Source: a virus
Taxonomy: Duplodnaviria > Caudoviricetes
Strand: one strand, 5' to 3'
Length of the DNA: 37,263 nucleotides
Virus record (IMG/VR): IMGVR_UViG_3300037423_001354
Span: 1-37,263 of that record
The notes beneath the pieces were generated by a model. That model searched no databases. It was not told where the DNA came from and saw only the letters and a list, made by a program, of their open reading frames with translations. Every line of letters begins with the position of its first letter. Position 1 is the first letter of the stretch. A program made the translations under genes and the position numbers. Shown here piece by piece: positions 1-10,465 of this stretch.

Positions 1-127
1 ACGGTCTGACGTTGGAACTTACAACGGATATGACGCAGGAGGAAATTGCTCCTCACTGGAATGATATCCTAGCCTGTTTCGAAAAATACGTTGAACGTTT
101 TCCAGATCATGAAACCGTAGAAAACAT
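1..127. repeat. Left copy of 127-bp terminal direct repeat (circular assembly overlap)
   Basis: Identical to 37137-37263; 127 is a common assembler k-mer; a CDS reads through the junction. Confidence 0.95.
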
Positions 128-449
128 GATCGGAGAGGTTGTCACTGGAAAGAGACAACTCTGGATCGTCAAGGATGAAACCGGAAAAGTCATCCTAACA
201 CCAATCACCGAAATCAACACGCTGCCAACTGGTAAGCGAATTATCACAATGTGTGAAATTGGAGGCGAGCGCCTTCAAGACTCGTTGCCCATGCTTTGTC
301 ATATCGAGCAATGGGCGGCTGATACGCATGGTGTAACTGAATCACAATTTCCCGGCAGAACTGGTTACAGAAAATTGCTTGGAAACTACGGATATAAAGA
401 ACACACCGTTTTATTCACCAAACCATTAGAAAAGTCGAAAGATGTCTAA
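12..449 (+). CDS. 3' part of a podophage tail-region protein, GNAT-acetyltransferase-like; true start is TTG 37121 across the circular junction
   Basis: In frame with TTG 37121 (MSWSHNGLTLELTTD...); C-terminal GRTGYRKLL..YGY resembles GNAT-like genes found after podophage tail genes. Confidence 0.55.
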   Translation: MELTTDMTQEEIAPHWNDILACFEKYVERFPDHETVENMIGEVVTGKRQLWIVKDETGKVILTPITEINTLPTGKRIITMCEIGGERLQDSLPMLCHIEQWAADTHGVTESQFPGRTGYRKLLGNYGYKEHTVLFTKPLEKSKDV

Positions 450-873
450 ATCATCAACTCAGAAAACTGAAAACAGTCCTCCAAAATGGGCTGAACCACT
501 TTTGAAAGAAGGTGCGCAACATGCGATGGACCTTTACAACGCTGGTATCGGTTACACTCCTTACATGGGTCAAACTCGTACAGGGTTCTCCGATCCTACC
601 TTAAGCGGAATGAATAACGCTCTAGCGGCAACTGGCTACACAGGTCCAGCCGTCACTAATCAAACGTGGCAAAGTGGTCCTGCTATTCAAAACGCTAAAG
701 ACCTCATTCAACAGCTAATGGTCGCTCGTCAAGCCAAGCTTGATGAAATGAATAAGCCGAAGCCTGTAGCTCCACCAGAAAAGAAAAAGCAACAATTCGA
801 ACCTCACGGCGGTAGCGGCAACGGTCCCGGTGGTCTTGGCGGTTCATCTGCAGGTGGTTGGGGTGGTCACTAA
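442..873 (+). CDS. Virion/ejection-associated protein
   Basis: N-terminal SKSSTQKTENSPPKW is typical of podophage internal proteins; TAATG coupling to next gene. Confidence 0.6.
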   Translation: MSKSSTQKTENSPPKWAEPLLKEGAQHAMDLYNAGIGYTPYMGQTRTGFSDPTLSGMNNALAATGYTGPAVTNQTWQSGPAIQNAKDLIQQLMVARQAKLDEMNKPKPVAPPEKKKQQFEPHGGSGNGPGGLGGSSAGGWGGH

Positions 874-2309
874 TGAACACAGGTAGCTCAAAAACAAACG
901 GAACCAATCAAAACACTGGAACTCCGGCTTGGGGTCAAGTCGGTTCAACCGCATACAACAACATGAATTCGCAGTTGCAAACTGCACCTATAAATGCAGC
1001 TACAACCACATTCGCTAATGGCGGTATGGCTCCTGCGGCTAACGATGCTGTCAACACCTTCCAAGGCATCGCAAACAATGGTGGTACAAACGCGAATATC
1101 GATTGGGCTGTCAACGCTCTGAAAAACAACGGTAGCCAATCCGTCGACACATCAACCCTTCAAGGGATGCTTGGTGGTCAGGGACCAGGTTCCATCAGCC
1201 AAAACAACTGGCAATCCCTTTTCGACAAGTCAGGGACTCCGGGTGCGAACGAAGCGAACCTTTCAGGGATCGCAAGCGGCTCACAGGTCGGACACAATCC
1301 TTATGTCGATGATATGGCCCGTCAGGCCGGGCAAGATGCGGCTAACCAAGTCAACTCTGCATATTCACTCGCTGGCCGTTACGGTTCTGGCGCCCATAAC
1401 AAGGCTGTCGCGAGTGGCGTAGCGAACGCTGAGAACGCTCTCCGCTATCAAGCTTACACCGATGATGCCAACCGCCAGCTGAACGCTTCCAGCGCGATCT
1501 CCGGTGAGCAGGGCAACCGCCTAGGTCTTCAAGGGAACGCTGCCAGTGGGGTCGCTGGGGTCCAAGGAACCAATATCGGGAACTCTATGGCCGATAACGC
1601 CCAAAAGGCCGGTATCGCGCAAACCATCGCAGGCATTCAATCCGGTAATTTGGACCGCTCAACTGGTGCCGCTCAAGGCGTCGGTTCGCTCGGTCAAACC
1701 CAACTTGGCAACACTGTAAATGCGGCTGGTAACGCGGCTCAAACCCAAAACCAAGGCTTCCAAAACATCATGAGCATGATTGGTGCGTTGCCTACGATTC
1801 AAGGCAACAAGACCTATGATGCTGATAAGCAAGCTCAAATCGGTTCCGCGTTGGATCAACAAAGCCAGAACCAGCTTAACGACCTTATCAACCAATTCAG
1901 CCAATTCGACATGCAAGATTGGGCTCGTATCGGTGGTCTTCTATCTGCTGGTACTACATCAGCCGGTAATTGGGGAACTCAGAACACCACGTCAACTCAA
2001 CCTATGAACATTCTAGGTGCGATTGGTTCATTGTTCTCAGGCTTCTCCGATGAAAGCATCAAAAAGAACGTCAAGAAAGTTGGTCAAACTCCGGGTGGTT
2101 TGGATGTCGTTAGATACGATTTGAACGAGAAGGGTGAAAAGCTCGCTGACGAAGCGAAGGAACCAAAGGGCAGGGAAGTCAACGAACGTAAGCCTAAAAA
2201 GGGTGGCATTCTTGGCGTCATTGCACAGGATGTTGCGAAGAAGCAACCAAACGCAGTTGTAAAAGCACCTAACGGCTTGCTGGCTGTCAAATACGGACAA
2301 ATTAGATAA
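873..2309 (+). CDS. DNA ejection/pilot protein with C-terminal peptidase S74-like chaperone domain
   Basis: G/A/N/Q-rich body; FSDESIKKNVKKVG...GVIAQDVAKKQPNAV...GLLAVKY matches the S74 pattern; ATG 873 overlaps the upstream TAA. Confidence 0.7.
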   Translation: MNTGSSKTNGTNQNTGTPAWGQVGSTAYNNMNSQLQTAPINAATTTFANGGMAPAANDAVNTFQGIANNGGTNANIDWAVNALKNNGSQSVDTSTLQGMLGGQGPGSISQNNWQSLFDKSGTPGANEANLSGIASGSQVGHNPYVDDMARQAGQDAANQVNSAYSLAGRYGSGAHNKAVASGVANAENALRYQAYTDDANRQLNASSAISGEQGNRLGLQGNAASGVAGVQGTNIGNSMADNAQKAGIAQTIAGIQSGNLDRSTGAAQGVGSLGQTQLGNTVNAAGNAAQTQNQGFQNIMSMIGALPTIQGNKTYDADKQAQIGSALDQQSQNQLNDLINQFSQFDMQDWARIGGLLSAGTTSAGNWGTQNTTSTQPMNILGAIGSLFSGFSDESIKKNVKKVGQTPGGLDVVRYDLNEKGEKLADEAKEPKGREVNERKPKKGGILGVIAQDVAKKQPNAVVKAPNGLLAVKYGQIR

Positions 2310-2318
2310 GGAATAACG

Positions 2319-4055
2319 ATGGCCGGGATTTTCGACCTATTAAACGACCTGTTCGCAGGTGACCAAGTTGGAATTGATGCAAATCGTAAGCGTAGACAAC
2401 AAGCTGCTTATGATGCCAACAAAGGCACTGATACATCTAAAATCATCGATCCTGCATTCATCGCTGCCCAACAAGCGAAGAATGGTATTCCAGCAAGTGG
2501 CGGCTTTCTTGATTCACTATTGGGTCAGGGTCGTCCAGAGGTCGTTGGGAATAACGATCCTGCGAAAATCAGCCCTCGATCACTCGATCAACGCAAGGCT
2601 GACTTGGCTGCTAATCCAACTTCACAGCCAGCCGGTATCCTTGAAGCCCTTGGCTTGAGAAATCCATTCACCGAAGGCACCCGAACACCAGACATGCAAA
2701 ATGGTGGTGTCGCGGATCAAATCGCAAGATCCAATCCAGCCAGCTATCCTCTTGATCCGGGTATTGCGGCTCAACCAAAGGCCTCTCCGAGCTATCCGCT
2801 CGATCCATCCATCAAGGCTGTGCTTGAAAATGCTCGAGCTAACCAAGCTCCTGCACAGGCGCCAGCGGCAACCGGTCCTGATCGTCAAGTTCCTGGCGGT
2901 CCTGTGAAGCCAAACGCAGATGGTATCCGAGACGTTGACGGCATTTTCCCATCAATCAATCCGGCTGACAAAGCGAAGTATGGGCAATTCCCTGACGCGC
3001 CAAAAGTGGACGCTCAAGGCAACCCATTCCCACCTGCACCTGATCCAACCAAAACAGCGGCAACCAATCCCGCGGCCAAGACTGGTCTCGGTGCTGCGCT
3101 CGGCAGCATGTTCAAGGATTTCGATCCGGCTGCAATAGGGATGGCGCTTACTGCTCTCGATCCCCGTAACGGCGCACTAGCTGCAAGCATCGGAAACCAG
3201 ATGGCGGCTCGTCGTCAGGAAAAGGCTGCGGCTGCTGATAAGAAAGCAAATCAAGAAGGTCTGTATGCATACCTAACCAGCCAAGGCGTGTCTGATACCG
3301 AAGCCCGAATGATGGCTCAAAATCCAGACGTCGCTCAAGCTTGGTGGACACAAAAGCAAAAGGCGAACGCACCTGCTGAATATGGTCTGACTCCGCAATA
3401 CGTGAAGATGAAAGACGGAACCATCAAGGCCGTCCAAGTTTCCAAGGACGGTAGCGGTGTTATCGACGCGGCATCAGGTCAAAAGCTCGATCAATCAGCC
3501 ATCGACGGATGGGTGAACCCTGCTGACATGCAAGGCATGAAGAAAACCGCAACAAACACCTCTGATGCTCAATTCGCACTTCCAGACGTAAACGCAACTG
3601 TTGGACGTATCGACGAGAAGGCGAACGCTATCATCAATAGTCCTGACTTGGACAAAGTGGTCGGTTACGACAACATGAGACCTAACTGGCTTTCATCTAA
3701 CAAAGCTATCGAGCTTCGTGGTTTCATCAAAGAGTTACAAGGCGAACAATTCCTTGCAATTCGTAGCAAATTGAAAGGCCAAGGTTCTATCTCCGACTTT
3801 GAATCAGCCAGAGCGACAGCAATCAACGCGCTTGATAACGCGATGGATGCAAGTGATCCGCAAGTGTTGAAAAACGCAATCATGCGCTTCCAAGACTTCG
3901 CTCACAAGTGGGGTCAAATTGCTGAACAGCAAGCAGGCGGTCAACCGGTCGATAACTCAACTACACAAGCCGCACCTACTTCGCAAAATGGTGGGACACA
4001 ACCGGCACCTAAGAAAGGTGTATACAATCCCAAAACGGGAAAGATTGATTACTAA
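2319..4055 (+). CDS. Internal virion (ejection) protein
   Basis: 578 aa, P/A/Q-rich, SD AAGGA; C-terminal LKGQGSISDFE resembles podophage ejection proteins; position. Confidence 0.6.
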   Translation: MAGIFDLLNDLFAGDQVGIDANRKRRQQAAYDANKGTDTSKIIDPAFIAAQQAKNGIPASGGFLDSLLGQGRPEVVGNNDPAKISPRSLDQRKADLAANPTSQPAGILEALGLRNPFTEGTRTPDMQNGGVADQIARSNPASYPLDPGIAAQPKASPSYPLDPSIKAVLENARANQAPAQAPAATGPDRQVPGGPVKPNADGIRDVDGIFPSINPADKAKYGQFPDAPKVDAQGNPFPPAPDPTKTAATNPAAKTGLGAALGSMFKDFDPAAIGMALTALDPRNGALAASIGNQMAARRQEKAAAADKKANQEGLYAYLTSQGVSDTEARMMAQNPDVAQAWWTQKQKANAPAEYGLTPQYVKMKDGTIKAVQVSKDGSGVIDAASGQKLDQSAIDGWVNPADMQGMKKTATNTSDAQFALPDVNATVGRIDEKANAIINSPDLDKVVGYDNMRPNWLSSNKAIELRGFIKELQGEQFLAIRSKLKGQGSISDFESARATAINALDNAMDASDPQVLKNAIMRFQDFAHKWGQIAEQQAGGQPVDNSTTQAAPTSQNGGTQPAPKKGVYNPKTGKIDY

Positions 4056-5599
4056 TGAAAACAATTACCGGACCTGACGGAATCGATGTCGACTTTCCAG
4101 ACGATATGTCTGATGAAGCCATAGCACAGGTATTTCGCAAACAATTCGGAGGGCCAACAACCGAACCTGCTGAAACCGCTCCGGTTGGTATTGAAGCGAT
4201 TCCAGGCATTGGAAAATATCTGAAGGCGTTCAACGATTTTACAGGCAATGTCCAAACTGGTTTTGCCGACATGGCGACATTCGGTACAGCCGACGAAATC
4301 AACGCAGCAATCAACGCTCCTTTGTCGGACAAGACATATGACCAATTGCTTGAGGATGGCCGTAAACGACTGGCCAATAGCGGAACAGCAGGGACCATCG
4401 GTCAAGCCATTGGCGCCGTCATGCTTCCTGCGGGTGCGGCCAAGACCATTCCTCAAGCTATCGGCATGGGTGCCCTTCAAGGTGGCGCATACGGCTTCGG
4501 TTCTGGTGAAGGTGGTGTTGAAAACAGACTTGAAAACGCAGCCATTGGCGCTGGCGTTGGTGGTGCAATTGGTGGCGTGGCTAACAAGCTCGGTAAAGCG
4601 TTGGCACCTAAGAAGGTCGATGACGCAGCTATTGAAACGCTCGACGGCCTGAAGAACCGAGAAACCCAAGAGTTCAAGAATGTTATCAGCAACGCTCCTA
4701 AGCTGACTTCATCCCAAGTTGATGATGTAGCGACAAAGGCAACCGATAAATTCGATGAATTGTTCAAGCGTGATAACGATGTTTACGCAACCGCGCCTGC
4801 CGAAGTTAAAAAGTTGGTCCAAGACCTGAATACGATTTCAAAGAACGGCAACGGCATTCATCCTGGCATCCTATATGACATGAGTAAAGACCTCGGTGGT
4901 TCTATCACCCATCAGACGTCAAAAACGGAAAAAGCTCAAATCCTTGGTATGAAAAGTATCCTTGATGATGCAGTTAATACAGCGATGCCTCAACTTGATG
5001 ATGCAAAGGGAATTTTCAAGCAATACAAAAAAGCTGAATTGCTTGATGACGCGATAAACGCAGCGAAGGTTCAATCAGAAACCTCAACTGCTGCTAATGG
5101 CTTGGCGGTTGGTAAGGCTGTTAAAAAGCAGATGGCTGATATCTACAAAAAGATTCAGTCAGGTGAACTAACAGGGTTCAAGCCAGAAGAGGTTGACTTG
5201 ATTAAACAAGCGGCAACCGCAGGTACATTCTGGGGTGATCGCGTTAAAGACGTTGGTGCGCTCGTTAATCCAACAACTTTAAGAGGCGCATTGTCTAATC
5301 CGTTCAACTGGATGGATGCGGCGGGAGGTTTGGCAACAGGTGGAATGAGCAACCTCGCGACACTTCCATTAAGAGCGGGTGCCGGTCATCTCATCGTTAA
5401 AGCCGGCGAAAAAATGAATGAAAAATCGTTGAGAAAAGCTATCGAGGCAAGTCAGGTCGTTCGATCAGGCTTGAGCCAAAAAGACCTTCCAAAACTGAAA
5501 AACGGTATAACCAAAAGCATTTTACAAGCACTAATGGAAAAAGCTAATTCACCATACGTTGCGGCTGTAGGAGCTTACGATTTAAACAAAGAAGAATAA
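4055..5599 (+). CDS. Internal virion (ejection) protein
   Basis: ITGPDG..VDFPDDMSDEAI N-terminus, ATFGTADEI motif and Gly/Ala hydrophobic segments; TAATG coupling. Confidence 0.65.
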   Translation: MKTITGPDGIDVDFPDDMSDEAIAQVFRKQFGGPTTEPAETAPVGIEAIPGIGKYLKAFNDFTGNVQTGFADMATFGTADEINAAINAPLSDKTYDQLLEDGRKRLANSGTAGTIGQAIGAVMLPAGAAKTIPQAIGMGALQGGAYGFGSGEGGVENRLENAAIGAGVGGAIGGVANKLGKALAPKKVDDAAIETLDGLKNRETQEFKNVISNAPKLTSSQVDDVATKATDKFDELFKRDNDVYATAPAEVKKLVQDLNTISKNGNGIHPGILYDMSKDLGGSITHQTSKTEKAQILGMKSILDDAVNTAMPQLDDAKGIFKQYKKAELLDDAINAAKVQSETSTAANGLAVGKAVKKQMADIYKKIQSGELTGFKPEEVDLIKQAATAGTFWGDRVKDVGALVNPTTLRGALSNPFNWMDAAGGLATGGMSNLATLPLRAGAGHLIVKAGEKMNEKSLRKAIEASQVVRSGLSQKDLPKLKNGITKSILQALMEKANSPYVAAVGAYDLNKEE

Positions 5600-6378
5600 T
5601 GTCGAACGATAACAAGGCACTAGTTTACAACGCTCTTAAAGCACAAGGTTGGAACGATATTCAAATCTCTGGCATGATGTCAGCGATCGAGCATGAATCC
5701 AACTTCAATCCTAGAGCTTTTAACCCGAACGATCCCGGTGGCTCCGTTGGTCTAAACCAGTGGTTAGGTGGCAGAAAACAAGCTCTTTATGATTTCACTG
5801 GAACCCAAAACCCATCGATCCCGCAACAAGTTGACTTCCTGAACCATGAACTGAATACGAATGAAAAGGCAGCGGGTGACGCATTAAGAGCGGCAAAAAC
5901 TCCGGGTGAAGCTGCTCAAGCGATGGTTCAATTCGAGCGCTTCAAAGGCTACGACAACCCCAACAATCCTGAAAGACTAGCTCGTATCAAAACAGCTTAC
6001 GGTTATGCCGGCCAGCAATATGAGCCAATGACCCCAGAGCAAATTGCGGCTGCTGGCGGTCAAACTGGAACGGCTCCTATTCAGCCAGCGAACGGGCAGG
6101 GTGGCGGTCATGCTCCCGCTAATCAGCCACCTCCAGGCATCCTAGCGATGCTCACTGGTAAGGCTCCTCCACCAACTGCGAAACAAGTCGGTGGCGGCAT
6201 TCTCAGCGCTCTTTCAAGTTTGGGTGATTCAGCCGTCGCTGCACCAACTCCACCACCTATGCCGCAGCAACCTACTAACAGTCCGCAACTAGCTGAGTAT
6301 GTAAATCAGTACGGTCAATCTGTTTTCAAAAAGACGCCATTTGACAACCCATTCGCCTATAAAAACGGTTTTGCCTAA
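5599..6378 (+). CDS. Virion-associated phage tail lysozyme (Phage_lysozyme2-like)
   Basis: IEHESNFNP..GSVGLNQW.GGR...QQVDFLNHEL...FER motif set; Pro-rich tail. Confidence 0.8.
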   Translation: MSNDNKALVYNALKAQGWNDIQISGMMSAIEHESNFNPRAFNPNDPGGSVGLNQWLGGRKQALYDFTGTQNPSIPQQVDFLNHELNTNEKAAGDALRAAKTPGEAAQAMVQFERFKGYDNPNNPERLARIKTAYGYAGQQYEPMTPEQIAAAGGQTGTAPIQPANGQGGGHAPANQPPPGILAMLTGKAPPPTAKQVGGGILSALSSLGDSAVAAPTPPPMPQQPTNSPQLAEYVNQYGQSVFKKTPFDNPFAYKNGFA

Positions 6379-6381
6379 ATA
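6375..6381 (+). promoter_or_regulatory. CTAAATA late-type promoter upstream of tail fibre 1
   Basis: Recurring intergenic motif, sense to the downstream gene; overlaps the upstream stop codon. Confidence 0.55.
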
Positions 6382-6457
6382 ACTGACGAAACAAACTGAA
6401 CGCAATTTTTGAAAGGCTTGATGATGAGAACAAAAGACATTTTAAGGAAGTACGATA

Positions 6458-8044
6458 TTGTCATCAATCTACGATTGGTCAACGACCGCAGGGAATAACG
6501 ATTCTGCCGACTCCGCGATTAACTGGCTAGAAGGTCAAGACCCAAACACTGTTAACAACTCTAACCGCGCTATGATGATGCGCGTTGCAGAGTTGTTAGA
6601 TGATCAGGGAGCCGTCAACACCACTGCCGGAACTGCATCAGCATTCACATTAACAGCGTCTTCCTCATTCACAACGCTAGCTGATGGATTGATTATCGGT
6701 TTCGTTGCAAGCGTTAACTCAAATGCGTCAGCCACAATCAACGTCAATGGCCTAGGTGCTCGTTCACTCAGACGATTGGTCCCAAGTGGTGACGTAGCAA
6801 TCGCTGCAAACGACTTGGTGGCGAACCAAAAATATGTCGCTCACTATAACACCAAGGCGAACTCAAACGCTGGCGGTTGGGTCGTATTAAATCCATCTGG
6901 CGTTATTCCGAATGAAAGCCTTTCAGGCGCTTACACCAACGTAACCAGTCTGACGATGGCTCAAGCGGCTAACACCGCAGCTATCATCATTTCCGGTCCG
7001 TCTCCTTCAATCAAGTTCACTGATACCGATTCAGGGGCAGACGACTTTTGGGCATACGTAAACGGTGACAGCTTCTATGTACGAAGCGACCGAACCGAAG
7101 CTGGCTCAGCCCAACTTCCTCATCCGCTTCAACTCAATAACACCACAAGCGTTGGTTCGATCTACGGTTCAACCGTTTGGACCGAAGGCAATGACGGTTC
7201 CTCATCCGGTCTCGATGCCGATTTGCTCGACGGCCAACACGGTGCCTATTACCTTCCAGCGGCATCCTACACAGCGTCAGACGTCCTAACCAAGATCAAG
7301 ACCGTTGACGGTGCTGGCTCTGGTTTGGACGCTGATTTGCTCGATGGTCAAACCGGAGCTTACTACTCAAACGCTTCAAACATCGCGACTGGCACAGTTC
7401 CTGACGCCAGATTGCCAACCCGTATTGGAACCGTAGCCAAGACAATCACTGACTGGAACAACGCCCAGGAAAATGGCTGGTACATGGGTTCAGCCGTTAC
7501 CAATGCGCCTTCAACAGCTTGGTACATTGGTGAAGTTCAGGTTCATAGAAACGATGCTCCTAACGGATATGTCGTTCAAACTGTCACTGGTTTTACAACG
7601 GCTTCTGATTCCGATTCCGTCACATACCGTAGATATCTTCAAGCCAATGTATGGACGGCATGGGCACGTCTTCGTATCAGCCAGACCGAGCTTGACACTC
7701 GTTACGTTCGTTCAGGTGCGACAACCACTCTTACCGCTGGTTATCCAACAACCGCAGTCAATGACGGCACGAAGTCATCAGGCACTTACACTCCTGATCC
7801 ATCAACCGGCTCATTCCGTGAAGCTACGAACAATGGCGCCCATACTCTAGCGCCACCAACTGTCAGCGGCTCATATACGATGGTGATTGATTACACCAAT
7901 GGTGCAACTGCTGGTGCGATTACCTCATCTGGTTTCACTAAGGTATCAGGTGACACCTTCACCACTACGAATGGTAACAAATTCCGCTGCTACATTTCTA
8001 AAGGTGGTGTAGGAACTCACTTGCATATCCAAGCCATGCAGTAA
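6458..8044 (+). CDS. Tail fibre protein 1
   Basis: Two SGLDADLLDGQxGAYY repeats; knob-like ITDWNNAQENGWY domain; TTG start after AAGGAAG. Confidence 0.8.
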   Translation: MSSIYDWSTTAGNNDSADSAINWLEGQDPNTVNNSNRAMMMRVAELLDDQGAVNTTAGTASAFTLTASSSFTTLADGLIIGFVASVNSNASATINVNGLGARSLRRLVPSGDVAIAANDLVANQKYVAHYNTKANSNAGGWVVLNPSGVIPNESLSGAYTNVTSLTMAQAANTAAIIISGPSPSIKFTDTDSGADDFWAYVNGDSFYVRSDRTEAGSAQLPHPLQLNNTTSVGSIYGSTVWTEGNDGSSSGLDADLLDGQHGAYYLPAASYTASDVLTKIKTVDGAGSGLDADLLDGQTGAYYSNASNIATGTVPDARLPTRIGTVAKTITDWNNAQENGWYMGSAVTNAPSTAWYIGEVQVHRNDAPNGYVVQTVTGFTTASDSDSVTYRRYLQANVWTAWARLRISQTELDTRYVRSGATTTLTAGYPTTAVNDGTKSSGTYTPDPSTGSFREATNNGAHTLAPPTVSGSYTMVIDYTNGATAGAITSSGFTKVSGDTFTTTNGNKFRCYISKGGVGTHLHIQAMQ

Positions 8045-8055
8045 GGTGGCGTGAT

Positions 8056-8931
8056 ATGAGTTTTGCAGGTCCAGCTTTTATCCCAAGCGTTACTTTGCTT
8101 GGCGTCAGTGACGTAATCACATCACTTAAAACAGTCGCATCTAGAAACCAACTGATGTCAAAAACCTCTGTTAATCAGGGGTTTGAAACAAATGCGACTG
8201 TCGGACCTTACTCCGGTGGCCTTGATACGACCTATGCTACTTCAACGTCGGTTTCTGGTACACTCAGCTATCCCCAATCACTCATCACATATCAAAGCCG
8301 TTGGACAACCATTCTAACTGTGAATGAAGGATCAACACCGGGAACAACCGTTGTAAGCGTCAACGGTGGTGCATATTCCGCAACTGATGAAACGATCCTC
8401 TATACGAAAAATACAGGTGTCGGAACTGACCTCAAGCTATGTCAATTTCAGGTTCCTATTGGAGTAGGAAACCTCACTTCCGTATCAGTCACATTCAATA
8501 AGGCGAGCAGCACCAGCGAAACGAACGCGCAACAAGTTTACATCTTACCGGGGAAATGGTCAGGCGTGTCCAACTCATATTATGCGGGTGGTTTCGGCGG
8601 AACCTCAAGCCATTCGTCAACCAGTTTGGCGGTCAATCAAAACGACCTTGTTTTCATACATGGTGGTTTAGATCGTACTGATGCAGGCATTCCAACGATT
8701 GGTCATGGTGGACCAGCTAACACAAGAGTAATTGAATCGAATTTCACATATGGCGGCAAGTCTCGTCAGATGGCTCTCCACACAATGGATGCAGCCGGAA
8801 CGTTCACCAGTGATACAGGGTACACATCCGTAACGACTGGTGGCGGTGGTGGTCACTCTGGCGGTGGTGGGACAACCACATATTACTATTACAGCAATTT
8901 GGTTCAGAGCATGAGGTTCGTTCAGCCATAA
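8056..8931 (+). CDS. Tail-fibre-associated beta-rich protein
   Basis: S/T/G-rich 291 aa directly after the fibre; SD AAGGTGG. Confidence 0.55.
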   Translation: MSFAGPAFIPSVTLLGVSDVITSLKTVASRNQLMSKTSVNQGFETNATVGPYSGGLDTTYATSTSVSGTLSYPQSLITYQSRWTTILTVNEGSTPGTTVVSVNGGAYSATDETILYTKNTGVGTDLKLCQFQVPIGVGNLTSVSVTFNKASSTSETNAQQVYILPGKWSGVSNSYYAGGFGGTSSHSSTSLAVNQNDLVFIHGGLDRTDAGIPTIGHGGPANTRVIESNFTYGGKSRQMALHTMDAAGTFTSDTGYTSVTTGGGGGHSGGGGTTTYYYYSNLVQSMRFVQP

Positions 8932-9272
8932 TGGAATACGTAGGACCATGGAAGTTTCTGAAAATCACAGCCAACGGTTGCTCATTCGAAATTCCTCCTG
9001 CGTCAATCGTGGATAACACATGGGTTGAGGTGTCAGCCAATGACTATCCGTGGCAGGAAGTTAAGGACGCAATCAATGAAGCTAGGGCAACAGTTTGGAA
9101 TGCGGATTTTATGAAGGCTTACAAGCGTGAACGTGAGGGTGAGATTGTTAATTCATACCATGAATGGAAACTATCGGACGAACAATTCCAACAAATTTTA
9201 GATGCTGTCCCCGACAACATACGCGAAGCACTTATAGAACTGGACGATTATAACAAAGGAAATACATGTTAG
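8931..9272 (+). CDS. Hypothetical protein
   Basis: TAATG coupling; operon position. Confidence 0.55.
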   Translation: MEYVGPWKFLKITANGCSFEIPPASIVDNTWVEVSANDYPWQEVKDAINEARATVWNADFMKAYKREREGEIVNSYHEWKLSDEQFQQILDAVPDNIREALIELDDYNKGNTC

Positions 9273-9880
9273 CATTAATTAGAAAATCAGATAACAGCTT
9301 CGTTGAAGAGGTTCTGGCAGGCGGCGCATTCAGCGTTGGAAACGATGTGACCTCACCAGCATATGACGGGTGGTCAAATAGCTCCTACAGGCTCGTTCAA
9401 ATCACCTCTCCGACCAGTGAAATTCCACTCGGAAAGCAACCTCAAGTCCAATCCGTTGAAGTCGCCGCTGACGGCCTGTCAGCCCAATATGTTTGGTCAT
9501 TCGTGGATGCGTCAAGACCGACCCATGAAGACGTCAACGCCGAACGTGACAATCGTATCGCCAGCGGCTTCCAGTTCAATGGCAAGAGCTATTCGATGGA
9601 TAGTGAGTCCAAGGCTCGTATCATCGGAGCGGCGACACTGGCAGGCTTTGCCATGGCCGCTGGTAAAGGGGCAGGGGATTACCGTTGGCACGGCGCGGTA
9701 ACTGACTTCGCTTGGATCGCTGACGACAACTCATTGAACCCAATGGACGCTCCAACCTGTTTCGAGTTCGGACAGGCTGCGGCTGCATGGGAAACCAAAC
9801 AAATTTTCCTAGCTAGAGCGATCAAGCAGATGAACCCAATCCCTTACGATTATAAGAGCAACAGTTACTGGAATGGATAA
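9266..9880 (+). CDS. DUF4376-like tail fibre assembly-type protein
   Basis: VNAERDNRIASGFQFNGKSY...WIADDNS..PMDA...ARAIK pattern. Confidence 0.7.
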   Translation: MLALIRKSDNSFVEEVLAGGAFSVGNDVTSPAYDGWSNSSYRLVQITSPTSEIPLGKQPQVQSVEVAADGLSAQYVWSFVDASRPTHEDVNAERDNRIASGFQFNGKSYSMDSESKARIIGAATLAGFAMAAGKGAGDYRWHGAVTDFAWIADDNSLNPMDAPTCFEFGQAAAAWETKQIFLARAIKQMNPIPYDYKSNSYWNG

Positions 9881-10139
9881 AGAGAACGATCCCCTAATCG
9901 TTCTCACACCCTCTGAAATTCGAGTTTTCAAAGATATGATGGCAACCATCACGGTTGATGACCTAAAGTGTATAAAAGAATATGCGGACGATAGACGCGC
10001 GATAACAAGAGTTGTCGCGAAAATTAAAAACTTCACTCTGGTTACGAGCGCCATTGTGTTGGCATATTTCGCCATCATTCGTAACGTTCTGCCACCAATC
10101 CGTGAATTGCTTCTCAAATTTCTCCAAGGTGGCAACTAA
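9873..10139 (+). CDS. Small membrane protein with one TM segment, possible lysis-module component
   Basis: Hydrophobic FTLVTSAIVLAYFAII segment. Confidence 0.5.
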   Translation: MDKENDPLIVLTPSEIRVFKDMMATITVDDLKCIKEYADDRRAITRVVAKIKNFTLVTSAIVLAYFAIIRNVLPPIRELLLKFLQGGN

Positions 10140-10420
10140 TGGATAAACGAACACCAGTCCAAAAGCGAAATGATGATAGATTCGCTAACCGCAGAAAGAT
10201 GGCCTTTTGGTCACTCTATGCGGTCCTGTTCGTCACACTATCAATCACTGTTAAAGTGCTGATCACACCAGCGGAACAGGTTGGTGAATATGCACCAATT
10301 TTGAGTTGGTCATTATCGGTTCTAGGTGGTGTGGTTCTAGCGTTCATAGGTGCAGCATCCGTTGAACAAATTCGAACACCGTTAGTCGCTCCTAGCGAAG
10401 ATACACCGATCGATAAATAA
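10139..10420 (+). CDS. Putative holin with two TM segments
   Basis: RRKMAFWSL followed by two hydrophobic helices; TAATG coupling. Confidence 0.5.
   Translation: MDKRTPVQKRNDDRFANRRKMAFWSLYAVLFVTLSITVKVLITPAEQVGEYAPILSWSLSVLGGVVLAFIGAASVEQIRTPLVAPSEDTPIDK
10413..10419 (+). promoter_or_regulatory. ATAAATA late-type promoter upstream of tail fibre 2
   Basis: Variant of the recurring motif, 47 nt before the ATG. Confidence 0.45.
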
Positions 10421-10465
10421 GCCGAGAGTGAATTTCAACAGCATGGGATTTTAGCAAGATGATAG

